Shown here piece after piece: positions 37,365 through 46,745 of a stretch of 64,000 nucleotides of DNA. The notes under the pieces were generated by a model that did not search any database, had not been told where the DNA came from, and saw only the letters and a program-made list of their open reading frames with translations. Within the stretch, counting starts at the first letter, position 1. The number at the start of each line of letters is the position of its first letter. Position numbers and translations under genes: made by a program. The DNA is from a virus (taxonomy: Duplodnaviria; Caudoviricetes): the IMG/VR virus record IMGVR_UViG_3300042862_000163, positions 1-64,000 of that record, one strand, 5' to 3'.

Positions 37365-38231
37365 ATGTCAAAAGTAATAACAATAAAGTTAACACAAGTA
37401 GGACCTACTGCTGGACCATTCTCAATCTTTGATCAGTTTGGGAATGTAATAGCAGAAGGTGTTTCTAAAAAAACTCTTATATTAGGAATAAGTTATACTG
37501 TAAACGATAATGTAACTATGGTTACATTAAAATCTACAGGAGATTGTAAATCTGAAAAGACCATATCATTACATGATATTACTAGAGACGAATATTATAA
37601 TATCAAATTAACACAAACTATAACAGGATGTATATGGAGACACTTAACTAATATACAATTATACAATAGTTTCTATGGAAATGTAAGACCATATATAATT
37701 GAATATCCTTTTGCTTATCAGTATCAAGATGAGATTCTCCAGAACGTACAAGATTACACTAAGGCATATGAATATATTTCTATACCAGATGGTGTGTTTA
37801 ATGATAACACAAGAATAGAAACAAATGATAAATGGTTTAATAAAGCTATCCTTTATAATGGACAACAAAGTTCTGGTGTATTAAACTTAGTGGCAAAACC
37901 ATTAAACAACATGCATGCATACATGCAATATCCAATATTCAATACAGATAGTAAAACAATTCTATATACTAAGAGCGATAGCTTTTATCAGTATAATACA
38001 TTCTGGGCTCTTCAAAAATCTTCTCAAATTCCATTATTCAACACTGGATGTCAGAGTCTTTCTATTGATAAAGTAGTTAATCAAGAAAACATGAATTATG
38101 ATACACGTAGTTTCAAAAAAGCTCCTCTAAGAGCAAAAGAATTAAAAGTGAGACATATTCTTGACAATCAATCAAACGTTCACCTAGTGAGCCAATTCAT
38201 ATTAACTCCTGCACAAATATCATATAAGTAA
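37365..38231 (+). CDS. Putative C-terminal part of the muzzle protein fused to the N-terminal module
   Basis: N-terminal module like 27164/27788, then IWRH...YNSFYG..PYIIE, FNKAILYN.QQSSG.L.L. Confidence 0.65.
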   Translation: MSKVITIKLTQVGPTAGPFSIFDQFGNVIAEGVSKKTLILGISYTVNDNVTMVTLKSTGDCKSEKTISLHDITRDEYYNIKLTQTITGCIWRHLTNIQLYNSFYGNVRPYIIEYPFAYQYQDEILQNVQDYTKAYEYISIPDGVFNDNTRIETNDKWFNKAILYNGQQSSGVLNLVAKPLNNMHAYMQYPIFNTDSKTILYTKSDSFYQYNTFWALQKSSQIPLFNTGCQSLSIDKVVNQENMNYDTRSFKKAPLRAKELKVRHILDNQSNVHLVSQFILTPAQISYK

Positions 38232-40903
38232 TGGCTAGTAAAGTAAAATGCACATGTGGATGGTCATGGGACAAATCTGATTCTAGTGTTAAGGATATGT
38301 ACATATGTCATGAATGTGGTAGAGACAATAGCAACAACATGAAGAATGGCGGTTGGTTAGATAACTACGGTAAAGAAGATAATTATAATGATTATCAAAC
38401 ACATGCTCCTGAAGGATTTCAAGGAGATGGATATTCTAATGTAGGTAGAAATAGTTCTCCTGCATGGGGAGGACAGTTTCAAACTGGAGGTAAACTAAAA
38501 TTTTTACAACCTACTAGTGATAAGTTACCAAAAGGATATAGAATTCCATATTCTGATCCTAGTAGTGAAAGAGCTATGTCTATAGGTGGAGAAGATGGAG
38601 AACCAGCTTATTTAATTCCTAGTTTCAAATATGGTAAACCATTAAATGATCCAATGGGAGAATTTAGAAAAACAGGTGAACATTTAGGTGGTCCATTTAA
38701 AACATGGCAAGAAGCTGATAAATGGGAAAATGAAACTAGACATCCAGCAGTTGAGAAAGGAGAAAATATAATGTTTCCTCAGAAAGAATTTCAAATGGGA
38801 GGAGTAATGCCAGGAGCTGTAGGACATATGTATGCTAGACATGGATCTCCTAGTAAAGGACCACGTAGAAACCAAACTGATGTTACAGATGCTTCTGCAC
38901 AGAATGGCAAAGAGATGCAATACTACCAACAAGGATTAGATTGGAAACCTAAGACTATTAGTCAAGATGGAAGTAAGACTTCTAAATTTGATTTTAAAAA
39001 ATTTAATAAAGATCAAAAAGCAAATACACCACTACAACAATCTATAAATAAAGAAGCTCAATCTGAAGATTCTAGAAGATGGTTTGATACTAAAGAATAT
39101 AAAAATCAAGTTAAAGCAAATCAACTAGCTAAAGATAAAGCTGTTGTACAAGATAGAAAAGATAGACTAAATAAAAGTGCTGCTTCTCAAAAGAAATCTT
39201 TTACAAAAGATAATTGGAGACAACAACTTGCAGATGAAACACAAGCTACAGGAGATAAGTTTAGAATGTTTCCTGATGAACCAAATAATTTCGTTGATGA
39301 ATGGTTGAATCCAGGAGTGATGATTGGTAACATGGCTTCTGATTTAGGTTCTGCTCCATTAAGAGCACAACAAGAAGATTCATATATGCCTTATGTTACA
39401 AGTGTAGGTGTTCCATTATTAACAGGAGGGCTTGAAGGTATAGGAGCAAAATCAAATTCAGAGTTTGTTAGTAATCTTGTTAATCCTCTTAACATAGTTC
39501 CTGGATATAAATCTGCTGAAAAAGCTATAGGACAACAATTAGGTAATGTAGGATCAGGTATTAAAGCACAAACTATTAAGAACTTTCCTAAGTCAGGATC
39601 ACTTCTTCCAGTAATTGATGAACATATGGGAGGATTAAAACAAGGTATAATAGATGTGGCTAAAGGAAGACCATTATTTGAAACATTTCCTATAACACAA
39701 GCACAGAAACAAGCATCTAATATAGTTCAAAATAAAGCGATGCAAGAAGGTATTGATTTTGTTGATAATTGGTATTATAAAAATGGACAGCTTAGACCTG
39801 AAGTAGAAAATAGAATAGATAATATATATTTGACTGAGCCAAATTATGGAATAGGAGCAAAGAATAAAAATCCTTTAACGCTTACAGAAAATAAGTTAGT
39901 GTCTACTAGATCTTCAGACTTACCTTTTGAAAATATATCTGCTGACTCAAAAGAATATCTTGAAGCTAATAGAGGTAGAGTGGCTGGGTTTAATTCTGGA
40001 ACTACTAATGAGAGTATTACATTAAGAAATATGGGGATGTATAGATTACCTGGAGAAGAAATAAAAAAAACTGTTGTACATGAATCAGGGCACTCAGCTC
40101 AAGATATAGGAGATTATATTCCTTGGGGAACAATGACAACTGAATATTCTCCAGAGTTAAAATACTTTACATCAAATCCTGATACTAATATAGGAAAAAG
40201 ATTTAAAAATGCATTGAGAACACCAGTTAAACCTTCTGGAAATAATTATGCACATAGAACATGGCAATCATCACCAAATGAATTACACTCTGAATTAATG
40301 AGTGCTAGATCTCAACTATATGATAAGTTCTTAAAACAAGGAGTTGATCCAGAAGAAGCTATGGGTTTATTACAAAATCCTGGAGATGAAACATTAGATG
40401 CTTTATATAAAATTGGAGGATTAGATCAATTCTTCAAACAAAATAGGTGGGGAAAATCAAGAGTTCCAACGGAAACAAAAAGAGATTTAATGAGACTTCT
40501 TCCAGCAGCAGTTCCAGCAGCAGTAGGTGCAGGAGCTTTACAACAACAAAAAAATGGAGGAATCATTAAAGATGATAGAGGACAATGGGATCATCCAGGA
40601 GAGATAACAAGAATTCAAGGTGGTAACATTACAATGAAAAGAGACCCTAGAACAGGTAAAGCTTTAACTGAACCAATATTAGGTATAGCAGATACAGGAG
40701 AAGAACAAATGATGTATCCAGGTGAAGACTATAACTTTGAAGGAGCTGAGTATGTTACTGAATATCCAAAAGGTAAAAAACCTAGAATGGCTAAGAATGG
40801 ATTAAGACAAGAACAAAAAGGTTTGCAAAATTTAGATAATCTAACTAACTTTACAAACTACAATACTAAACAACCAGGAAGCTGGTTAAACAAATATAAC
40901 TAA
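38231..40903 (+). CDS. Virion cargo protein with Zn-ribbon and zincin metallopeptidase domain
   Basis: CTC..CHEC N-terminus; VVHESGH (HExxH) plus downstream NE; repeated xxxG(G) motifs. Confidence 0.7.
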   Translation: MASKVKCTCGWSWDKSDSSVKDMYICHECGRDNSNNMKNGGWLDNYGKEDNYNDYQTHAPEGFQGDGYSNVGRNSSPAWGGQFQTGGKLKFLQPTSDKLPKGYRIPYSDPSSERAMSIGGEDGEPAYLIPSFKYGKPLNDPMGEFRKTGEHLGGPFKTWQEADKWENETRHPAVEKGENIMFPQKEFQMGGVMPGAVGHMYARHGSPSKGPRRNQTDVTDASAQNGKEMQYYQQGLDWKPKTISQDGSKTSKFDFKKFNKDQKANTPLQQSINKEAQSEDSRRWFDTKEYKNQVKANQLAKDKAVVQDRKDRLNKSAASQKKSFTKDNWRQQLADETQATGDKFRMFPDEPNNFVDEWLNPGVMIGNMASDLGSAPLRAQQEDSYMPYVTSVGVPLLTGGLEGIGAKSNSEFVSNLVNPLNIVPGYKSAEKAIGQQLGNVGSGIKAQTIKNFPKSGSLLPVIDEHMGGLKQGIIDVAKGRPLFETFPITQAQKQASNIVQNKAMQEGIDFVDNWYYKNGQLRPEVENRIDNIYLTEPNYGIGAKNKNPLTLTENKLVSTRSSDLPFENISADSKEYLEANRGRVAGFNSGTTNESITLRNMGMYRLPGEEIKKTVVHESGHSAQDIGDYIPWGTMTTEYSPELKYFTSNPDTNIGKRFKNALRTPVKPSGNNYAHRTWQSSPNELHSELMSARSQLYDKFLKQGVDPEEAMGLLQNPGDETLDALYKIGGLDQFFKQNRWGKSRVPTETKRDLMRLLPAAVPAAVGAGALQQQKNGGIIKDDRGQWDHPGEITRIQGGNITMKRDPRTGKALTEPILGIADTGEEQMMYPGEDYNFEGAEYVTEYPKGKKPRMAKNGLRQEQKGLQNLDNLTNFTNYNTKQPGSWLNKYN

Positions 40904-40905
40904 TC

Positions 40906-43900
40906 ATGAAAGCACAAATTTTAAAGATGTCTGGATGTAAGACCCAGAAAGAATTTTACAAGAAATACCCATCGGAAGAAGCCTTCATGAAGGTTCATGG
41001 TAAAGAGTTTAAGAAAGCTCAATTAGGTGCTAATATAAATTTAGCACAACCAGCATTTAAACCTTTAAGTTTTTCAGATCAGTTTGATTCTGCTGATAAA
41101 ATGATTACAGGTTCCACTGGTGCTGAAAGACAAGAGTTAGCACTCAAACAACAAGCTGCTGCTCCAAAAGATGGTGGAGGCGGTGGTTTTGATATTGGTG
41201 GTCTTATGAAAATGGCTAGTAGCCTTGGTGGAGAAAGTGGTGGTGCTGGTGGAGAAATGGATTTAAGTTCATTAGCTGCAGGAAAATATGGAAGAACTAT
41301 TCATAAAGCACAATTTGGTGGTAATTATGATTTAGGACAAGCTCCAAGTTCAGGTTTAAATATGCAACAAGGATTCCCTCAAGCACAGAATAGTTTTTCT
41401 ATGCAAGCTCCTAAATTTAATGCATATGATCCTCAAGGAGATCAATCAGGAACAGCAATGGCTAAAGGTATTTTTGAAGGAGCACATTCTGTACCTAATG
41501 CCCCACAAGAAAATGGATGGACAAAAACAGCAGGAGCATTAGGTAAATATGCTGGACCAGTGGGAGATATCATTGGAGGTATAGGAGCTTTACAACAAGA
41601 GAAAGAAGCAGCTAAAGCAGCTAAACAAACAAAATTAGTTAGTGATGTTTCATTACAAGCAGCTACAAGTACTGATGTAGATGCAAGAAGACAAATGCAA
41701 GATACATTTTCTAAACAAAGAAATGCTATGATGCAACCTAATGTTAATCCTAATGCACAAGGTGTAGGTACATCAATTGGTCGTAACGGTTTGCAATTAA
41801 AAGGTGGAGGAGAAATACAAAATACATATGATCCTAATACATTATATGATGATCTTGGATATGAACCATTAAATGATTCTAATACAAAACAATATTATCA
41901 TGGTGGAAGAATTCATCAAATGCAAGATGGAGGAGGAACTCCATGGGGAGCTATATCAAGCAAAGCTACAGGTATGGGACAATCATTAATGGGTGGACAA
42001 AATGCTGGTGGACAAATAGGTGGTACAGCAGGTAAAGCAATTGGTTCTATATTTGGACCTGCTGGTGGAGCAATAGGAGAATTTGTTGGAGGCATGGCTG
42101 GTAATTTATTAGATCCTTATGCTAAAAGAATAGCAAAAGATAATGCTGCTACACAAAGAAATATGCAAGGAATGGCTAGTGCAAATATGGCTAAAGGTAT
42201 TCAATCACAGAATCAATCTTTTATGAAAGATGGTGGATGGGTTAGTCATGATTGGACTCCACAAGTAATAGCTTCGTTTGGTGGTCTTGATAAACAAGAA
42301 GTTTATGACTATGCACATGAAGGAATGGATTCATTAAGAGCTGGTGGACACCTAAGAAATTATACTCCTCCTAGTGATAGAGCTATGGAAATATATGAAG
42401 ATGGTGGAGAAATTAATTCTTATGGTTTAGGTGGAGAGTTACAAACACATTGGGGTGGAGGAGCTGAAACTATTTCACGTAATCCTTATTTACCTGGTAC
42501 AGGAGAAACAGTTATGTTTAGAGGTAAGAGTCATGAAGAAAGATCTCCTAATGGAGAAACAGGAATAGGTGTTACTTATGGTGGTAATCCAGTAGAAGTA
42601 GAAAGAGGAGAACCTATGGTAGAATTAGAAGAAGGTGGTACAGTAGATCCTGAAACAGGAGAAGTACAAAAATCAGGAGTGGTATTTGGTAATCTTCAAA
42701 TACCTAATCAATATATAGATATGTTAGGAGATAATAAAGCTAAAGGTAAGAAGTTTAAAAACTACGTAAATGATTTATCTAAGATAGAAGATAAACAAAA
42801 TACATTAATTGAAAAATCTACAAAAGAACTCAATGCATTAAACCCAAGAAACTCTTTTGATAAATTAAAACTTGCATCATTACAATCTAGTATACAAGGT
42901 GCTAATATGAAACTTAAAGAGCTAGCTGATAAAAAAATAAACGCAGCTTCTCTTCAAAATGCAATTAATGATACAGCAGAAGAACGTGGTTTAGTTGCTG
43001 ATGATCTTGCTAGAGGTAAAGTTAAAATAGATAAAGAAGCTCAAAAGCAATATGCTAAGTTTGGTGGTAAGTTTACACAAGCACAAAATGGCATTAATGA
43101 TTTAACTGATGATGAGAAGGTAGCTCAAATGGATAGAGATATTAAAAGTGGTAAACTTAAAGAAGCTACTGTATACAATACTCCAATATCACAAGGTGTT
43201 CCTAGAGGTGCATTTGATGTTAATCCTAAAAATTTACCAAAAGTATCTAACTTACAACTTAAACAAAACGTAGAACTTCCAACATCTTTTGGTACAGATA
43301 CATATAATAATGAGGAAGAACTTACTCCTTCAAATCCTTATATAGATATGTTTAATCAAATGCTACCACAAATAAGACCTACAGATCAAGAAGAATTAGA
43401 TGCATCACAATTGTATCCAGAAATGTTTGCAATGGCCACAAATCAATTACAACCTGTGCAAGCTAACTTCTATCATCCAGAATTAGGTACACCTTACGAT
43501 GTATCATTACAAGATCAATTAAATGCTAATCAAGCTGATTATAGAGCAGCACAAAGAATGATGGGATATAACCCAGCAGCTCAAGCACAATTAAATGCTC
43601 AGAAATATCAAGCTAATCAACAAATATTAGGTAATCAATTCAGAGCTAATCAAGAAATGAAAGATAAAGTATATGGTGAGAATAGAAATATTCTAAATCA
43701 AGCTAAACTTACAAATCTTGGTATAGCTGATAAACAATACGAAAGACAATCAGAAGCTATGTCTAATACTAAAGCTACTACACAAGCTGCTCTTAATTCT
43801 ATAGCTGATAAATATGCTAAGAATAAACTTGAGAATAGAACTCTTGGTGTAATGGAGAATATGTATAACTATAGATACGATAGTAAAGGTAGAATTATTA

Positions 43901-44082
43901 ACATGAATCCTTTACAACAATTTAGTATACAAGGAAAAGCTGGAGGATCAAAAGGAAAAGGATTAGCTGAAGGAAAAGGATTTACATACGATGAGAATGG
44001 AAACATTGTAGGAGTAAGATCTATAGGAAAAGAAGATAAAGCTAAGAATGGTTCTATTGTAAAATCATATAAAAATTTATAA
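40906..44082 (+). CDS. Virion cargo/ejection protein
   Basis: Gly/Gln-rich, glycine-zipper segment, G.SHE..G...VEVE.GE motif, many xxxGG motifs. Confidence 0.7.
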   Translation: MKAQILKMSGCKTQKEFYKKYPSEEAFMKVHGKEFKKAQLGANINLAQPAFKPLSFSDQFDSADKMITGSTGAERQELALKQQAAAPKDGGGGGFDIGGLMKMASSLGGESGGAGGEMDLSSLAAGKYGRTIHKAQFGGNYDLGQAPSSGLNMQQGFPQAQNSFSMQAPKFNAYDPQGDQSGTAMAKGIFEGAHSVPNAPQENGWTKTAGALGKYAGPVGDIIGGIGALQQEKEAAKAAKQTKLVSDVSLQAATSTDVDARRQMQDTFSKQRNAMMQPNVNPNAQGVGTSIGRNGLQLKGGGEIQNTYDPNTLYDDLGYEPLNDSNTKQYYHGGRIHQMQDGGGTPWGAISSKATGMGQSLMGGQNAGGQIGGTAGKAIGSIFGPAGGAIGEFVGGMAGNLLDPYAKRIAKDNAATQRNMQGMASANMAKGIQSQNQSFMKDGGWVSHDWTPQVIASFGGLDKQEVYDYAHEGMDSLRAGGHLRNYTPPSDRAMEIYEDGGEINSYGLGGELQTHWGGGAETISRNPYLPGTGETVMFRGKSHEERSPNGETGIGVTYGGNPVEVERGEPMVELEEGGTVDPETGEVQKSGVVFGNLQIPNQYIDMLGDNKAKGKKFKNYVNDLSKIEDKQNTLIEKSTKELNALNPRNSFDKLKLASLQSSIQGANMKLKELADKKINAASLQNAINDTAEERGLVADDLARGKVKIDKEAQKQYAKFGGKFTQAQNGINDLTDDEKVAQMDRDIKSGKLKEATVYNTPISQGVPRGAFDVNPKNLPKVSNLQLKQNVELPTSFGTDTYNNEEELTPSNPYIDMFNQMLPQIRPTDQEELDASQLYPEMFAMATNQLQPVQANFYHPELGTPYDVSLQDQLNANQADYRAAQRMMGYNPAAQAQLNAQKYQANQQILGNQFRANQEMKDKVYGENRNILNQAKLTNLGIADKQYERQSEAMSNTKATTQAALNSIADKYAKNKLENRTLGVMENMYNYRYDSKGRIINMNPLQQFSIQGKAGGSKGKGLAEGKGFTYDENGNIVGVRSIGKEDKAKNGSIVKSYKNL

Positions 44083-44154
44083 CTAATTTAATTATAAAGA
44101 ATTACCAGAATTGATTATTAATTTTGGTAGTTCTAATAATTCATATTACATTTG
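44076..44154 (+). promoter_or_regulatory. Palindromic operator plus promoter (copy 2) for the virion RNAP cluster
   Basis: TTTATAAC-N7-ATTATAAA-GAATTACC, 16 nt, TTTG, 20 nt, TACATTTG (perfect consensus). Confidence 0.7.
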
Positions 44155-44193
44155 CTAACGACATGTTTAGGCATGTAAATAAAATACTCCACT

Positions 44194-46734
44194 ATGGCCT
44201 CATGGACAGATAAAATCCCCACTTTTAATCCTTACGTACAACAATTGCCTGTAGAGGCAATGGTAAAAGTTGGTATGCAAAAACAACAACAGTATGACGA
44301 AGGTGTACAAAAGATACAAACTAATATTGATAATGTTGCAGGACTTGATGTTGCTAATGATGCTGATAAAGCATATTTACAATCTAAACTTAATTCATTA
44401 GGTAATAACTTAACTGCTGTAGCAGCTGGAGATTTCTCTAATTTTCAATTAGTTAATTCTGTTAATGGAATGACTAATCAAATTAGTAAAGATGATAATG
44501 TAATCAATGCTGTAAAATCTACATCATGGTTAAGAAAACAACAAGCTGAAATGGAGAAAGCTATTTCAGAAGGAAAGTCTTCTCAAGAGAATCAATGGGA
44601 CTTTGGAGAAAAAGCAAATAAATATTTAAGCTCTACTACAGTTGGTGATAAATTCAATGATCGATACACTCAATATATAGATGTAAATAAAAAGTGGATG
44701 GATGTAATGAAATCATTACATTCAGATCTTGCTGAACAAGATATGCCATATACAAGAAATGATGATGGATCTATAAATTATAAACAGACTGCTGCAGCAA
44801 TGCAACGTATGAGTAAAGAAACTGTATCCTCTGCTAAAATAGAAAATGCATTAAGATCTAGTTTATCTCCTGATGAATTAAATCAATTATCTATTAGTGG
44901 TAGATATACATTTAAACAATTTGATACACCAGATAAATTAGCAGTTTATTCTCAAACTAGATTTGGTAAACAAATTGAATTAAATGATGCACGAATTAAA
45001 GAACTAGATGGCTTATGTAATTTAAGTACATCTAATCCTGAGTTGCAGAAACAAGGACAAGATACTATAGATAGTTTACAACTTAAAAATAAACAATTAG
45101 GAATACAACTTAATGATGAGTTAGAAGCAATCAAAGCAGATCCAGAACAAGCTAAAGCTACTATTTATAAAAATGGAGCAATAGAAGAATTTGCTAATAC
45201 ATATGCTTGGGAACACAATAAAGAAAACCTTTTAACTAATGTTGTATTAGAAGCAGATCATTGGGAAAAGAAACATGCTATAGATTTAGCTAATTTAAAT
45301 TTATCAATTAAGAAAGATAAATGGGCAGTGTATAAAGATAAATTTGACATGGATATGTCTAGTAAGGAATATGGACTTAAAGTAGCTAAACAACATGCAG
45401 ATCTTTATGGAGCAGATGCTCCTTTTGAAACTTACCTAGGACAAAATACTAATGTTAAAGATCCTATGTCAGCAATGATAGAAGATGAAACTTCATATCG
45501 TCAATCTGCTAGTGCAGGTATAGTTGATATGGTAAATGGTATTCCTGGTACTAACTCAACTCAAATAAAGAATGCTATTGATAAATATGACAAGGGTGAT
45601 CCTAATTGGTATAAAATAGGAGATGGTAATAGTAAGAAAGCTATTCCTGTTGAATGGAGAGAAACTGTTGAGGGTATTATAAACAATCGAAATGAAGCTA
45701 ACAGATTAAGTACTGCCAGAACTAAGATAGTGAATGAAGTAGAAACTTCTCCAGAGTTTGCAAATTCAAAATTGCAGATTTATGATAAAGTTAAAAATGT
45801 TAAACCTATTACAATAGAAGATGCTAATGGAAATGGAATTACGTATACTTCTAAGGAATTAACAGATTATGCAATTAAGGAAAGTAAAAGTAAAATTCCT
45901 TTTAATAAAAAAGAACAAGCTTTGTATAATTTTACACATCGTAAATCTATATTTAGAGGAAGTACTGACACAAGTTTAAATAATGCTTTTCGTGAAATTA
46001 GACATGCTGTTTCTCCAATAGAAGATGCAAAACAAGATGCAATTCAAGCTAAATTATTAGAACGTGGCGGAACATATGTACCAAGATTAACTGCAATTAC
46101 TTTTAGTAGTGAAGGAGGAGATGTAGCTAGAAGAAGTTGGGAAGGTATTGCTAGTAGTGTATTATCTAGATTTAAAGAAGGTGGTGATGAAAAACTTAGT
46201 GGTTCAGATATTGAATTAGGAAAAAAATGGTTAAGTAGTGAAGGGAAAAATAATATTAATTATAAAAAATTAACCCAAGGAGATAAAACTTATTTAATAT
46301 TACTTAAAGATGGTGAAGAAGTAACTATTCCATTAGAAGGAAGAGAAGCACGACAGTTACCTATAAGTGATATTAATGAACCAAGTGCTGAAGAAAAAGA
46401 TGTAGTCAAAGCTCAATATTTAAGTGGTATAGGCTCAACTAATGCAACAGGTAAATATTCAGATGCTTACTTTGGTAGATCTAGAATGCCTCACTCAGAA
46501 TTAGATGTAAAAGCAGATTTAAGTTGGAATAAATCTAATAATGCTAAACAGTATATACAATTAAAATTAAATACAACTAATGGAGTAGTTCCTTTACAAT
46601 TGGATAATAATCCGATGTCTAGACAAGATGCTATATCTTTTTTAGGACGATTAACAAAAACACAAATCAAACAATTGTATCTAAGTAATCCATCAGTTCG
46701 TGATGTTGATAAACAAGCAATTAAAAATCTTTAA
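44194..46734 (+). CDS. Virion RNAP-cluster cargo protein (first of three)
   Basis: 846 aa; FNPYV..LP...KQQQYD start; synteny. Confidence 0.7.
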   Translation: MASWTDKIPTFNPYVQQLPVEAMVKVGMQKQQQYDEGVQKIQTNIDNVAGLDVANDADKAYLQSKLNSLGNNLTAVAAGDFSNFQLVNSVNGMTNQISKDDNVINAVKSTSWLRKQQAEMEKAISEGKSSQENQWDFGEKANKYLSSTTVGDKFNDRYTQYIDVNKKWMDVMKSLHSDLAEQDMPYTRNDDGSINYKQTAAAMQRMSKETVSSAKIENALRSSLSPDELNQLSISGRYTFKQFDTPDKLAVYSQTRFGKQIELNDARIKELDGLCNLSTSNPELQKQGQDTIDSLQLKNKQLGIQLNDELEAIKADPEQAKATIYKNGAIEEFANTYAWEHNKENLLTNVVLEADHWEKKHAIDLANLNLSIKKDKWAVYKDKFDMDMSSKEYGLKVAKQHADLYGADAPFETYLGQNTNVKDPMSAMIEDETSYRQSASAGIVDMVNGIPGTNSTQIKNAIDKYDKGDPNWYKIGDGNSKKAIPVEWRETVEGIINNRNEANRLSTARTKIVNEVETSPEFANSKLQIYDKVKNVKPITIEDANGNGITYTSKELTDYAIKESKSKIPFNKKEQALYNFTHRKSIFRGSTDTSLNNAFREIRHAVSPIEDAKQDAIQAKLLERGGTYVPRLTAITFSSEGGDVARRSWEGIASSVLSRFKEGGDEKLSGSDIELGKKWLSSEGKNNINYKKLTQGDKTYLILLKDGEEVTIPLEGREARQLPISDINEPSAEEKDVVKAQYLSGIGSTNATGKYSDAYFGRSRMPHSELDVKADLSWNKSNNAKQYIQLKLNTTNGVVPLQLDNNPMSRQDAISFLGRLTKTQIKQLYLSNPSVRDVDKQAIKNL

Positions 46735-46745
46735 AATAAATCAGT

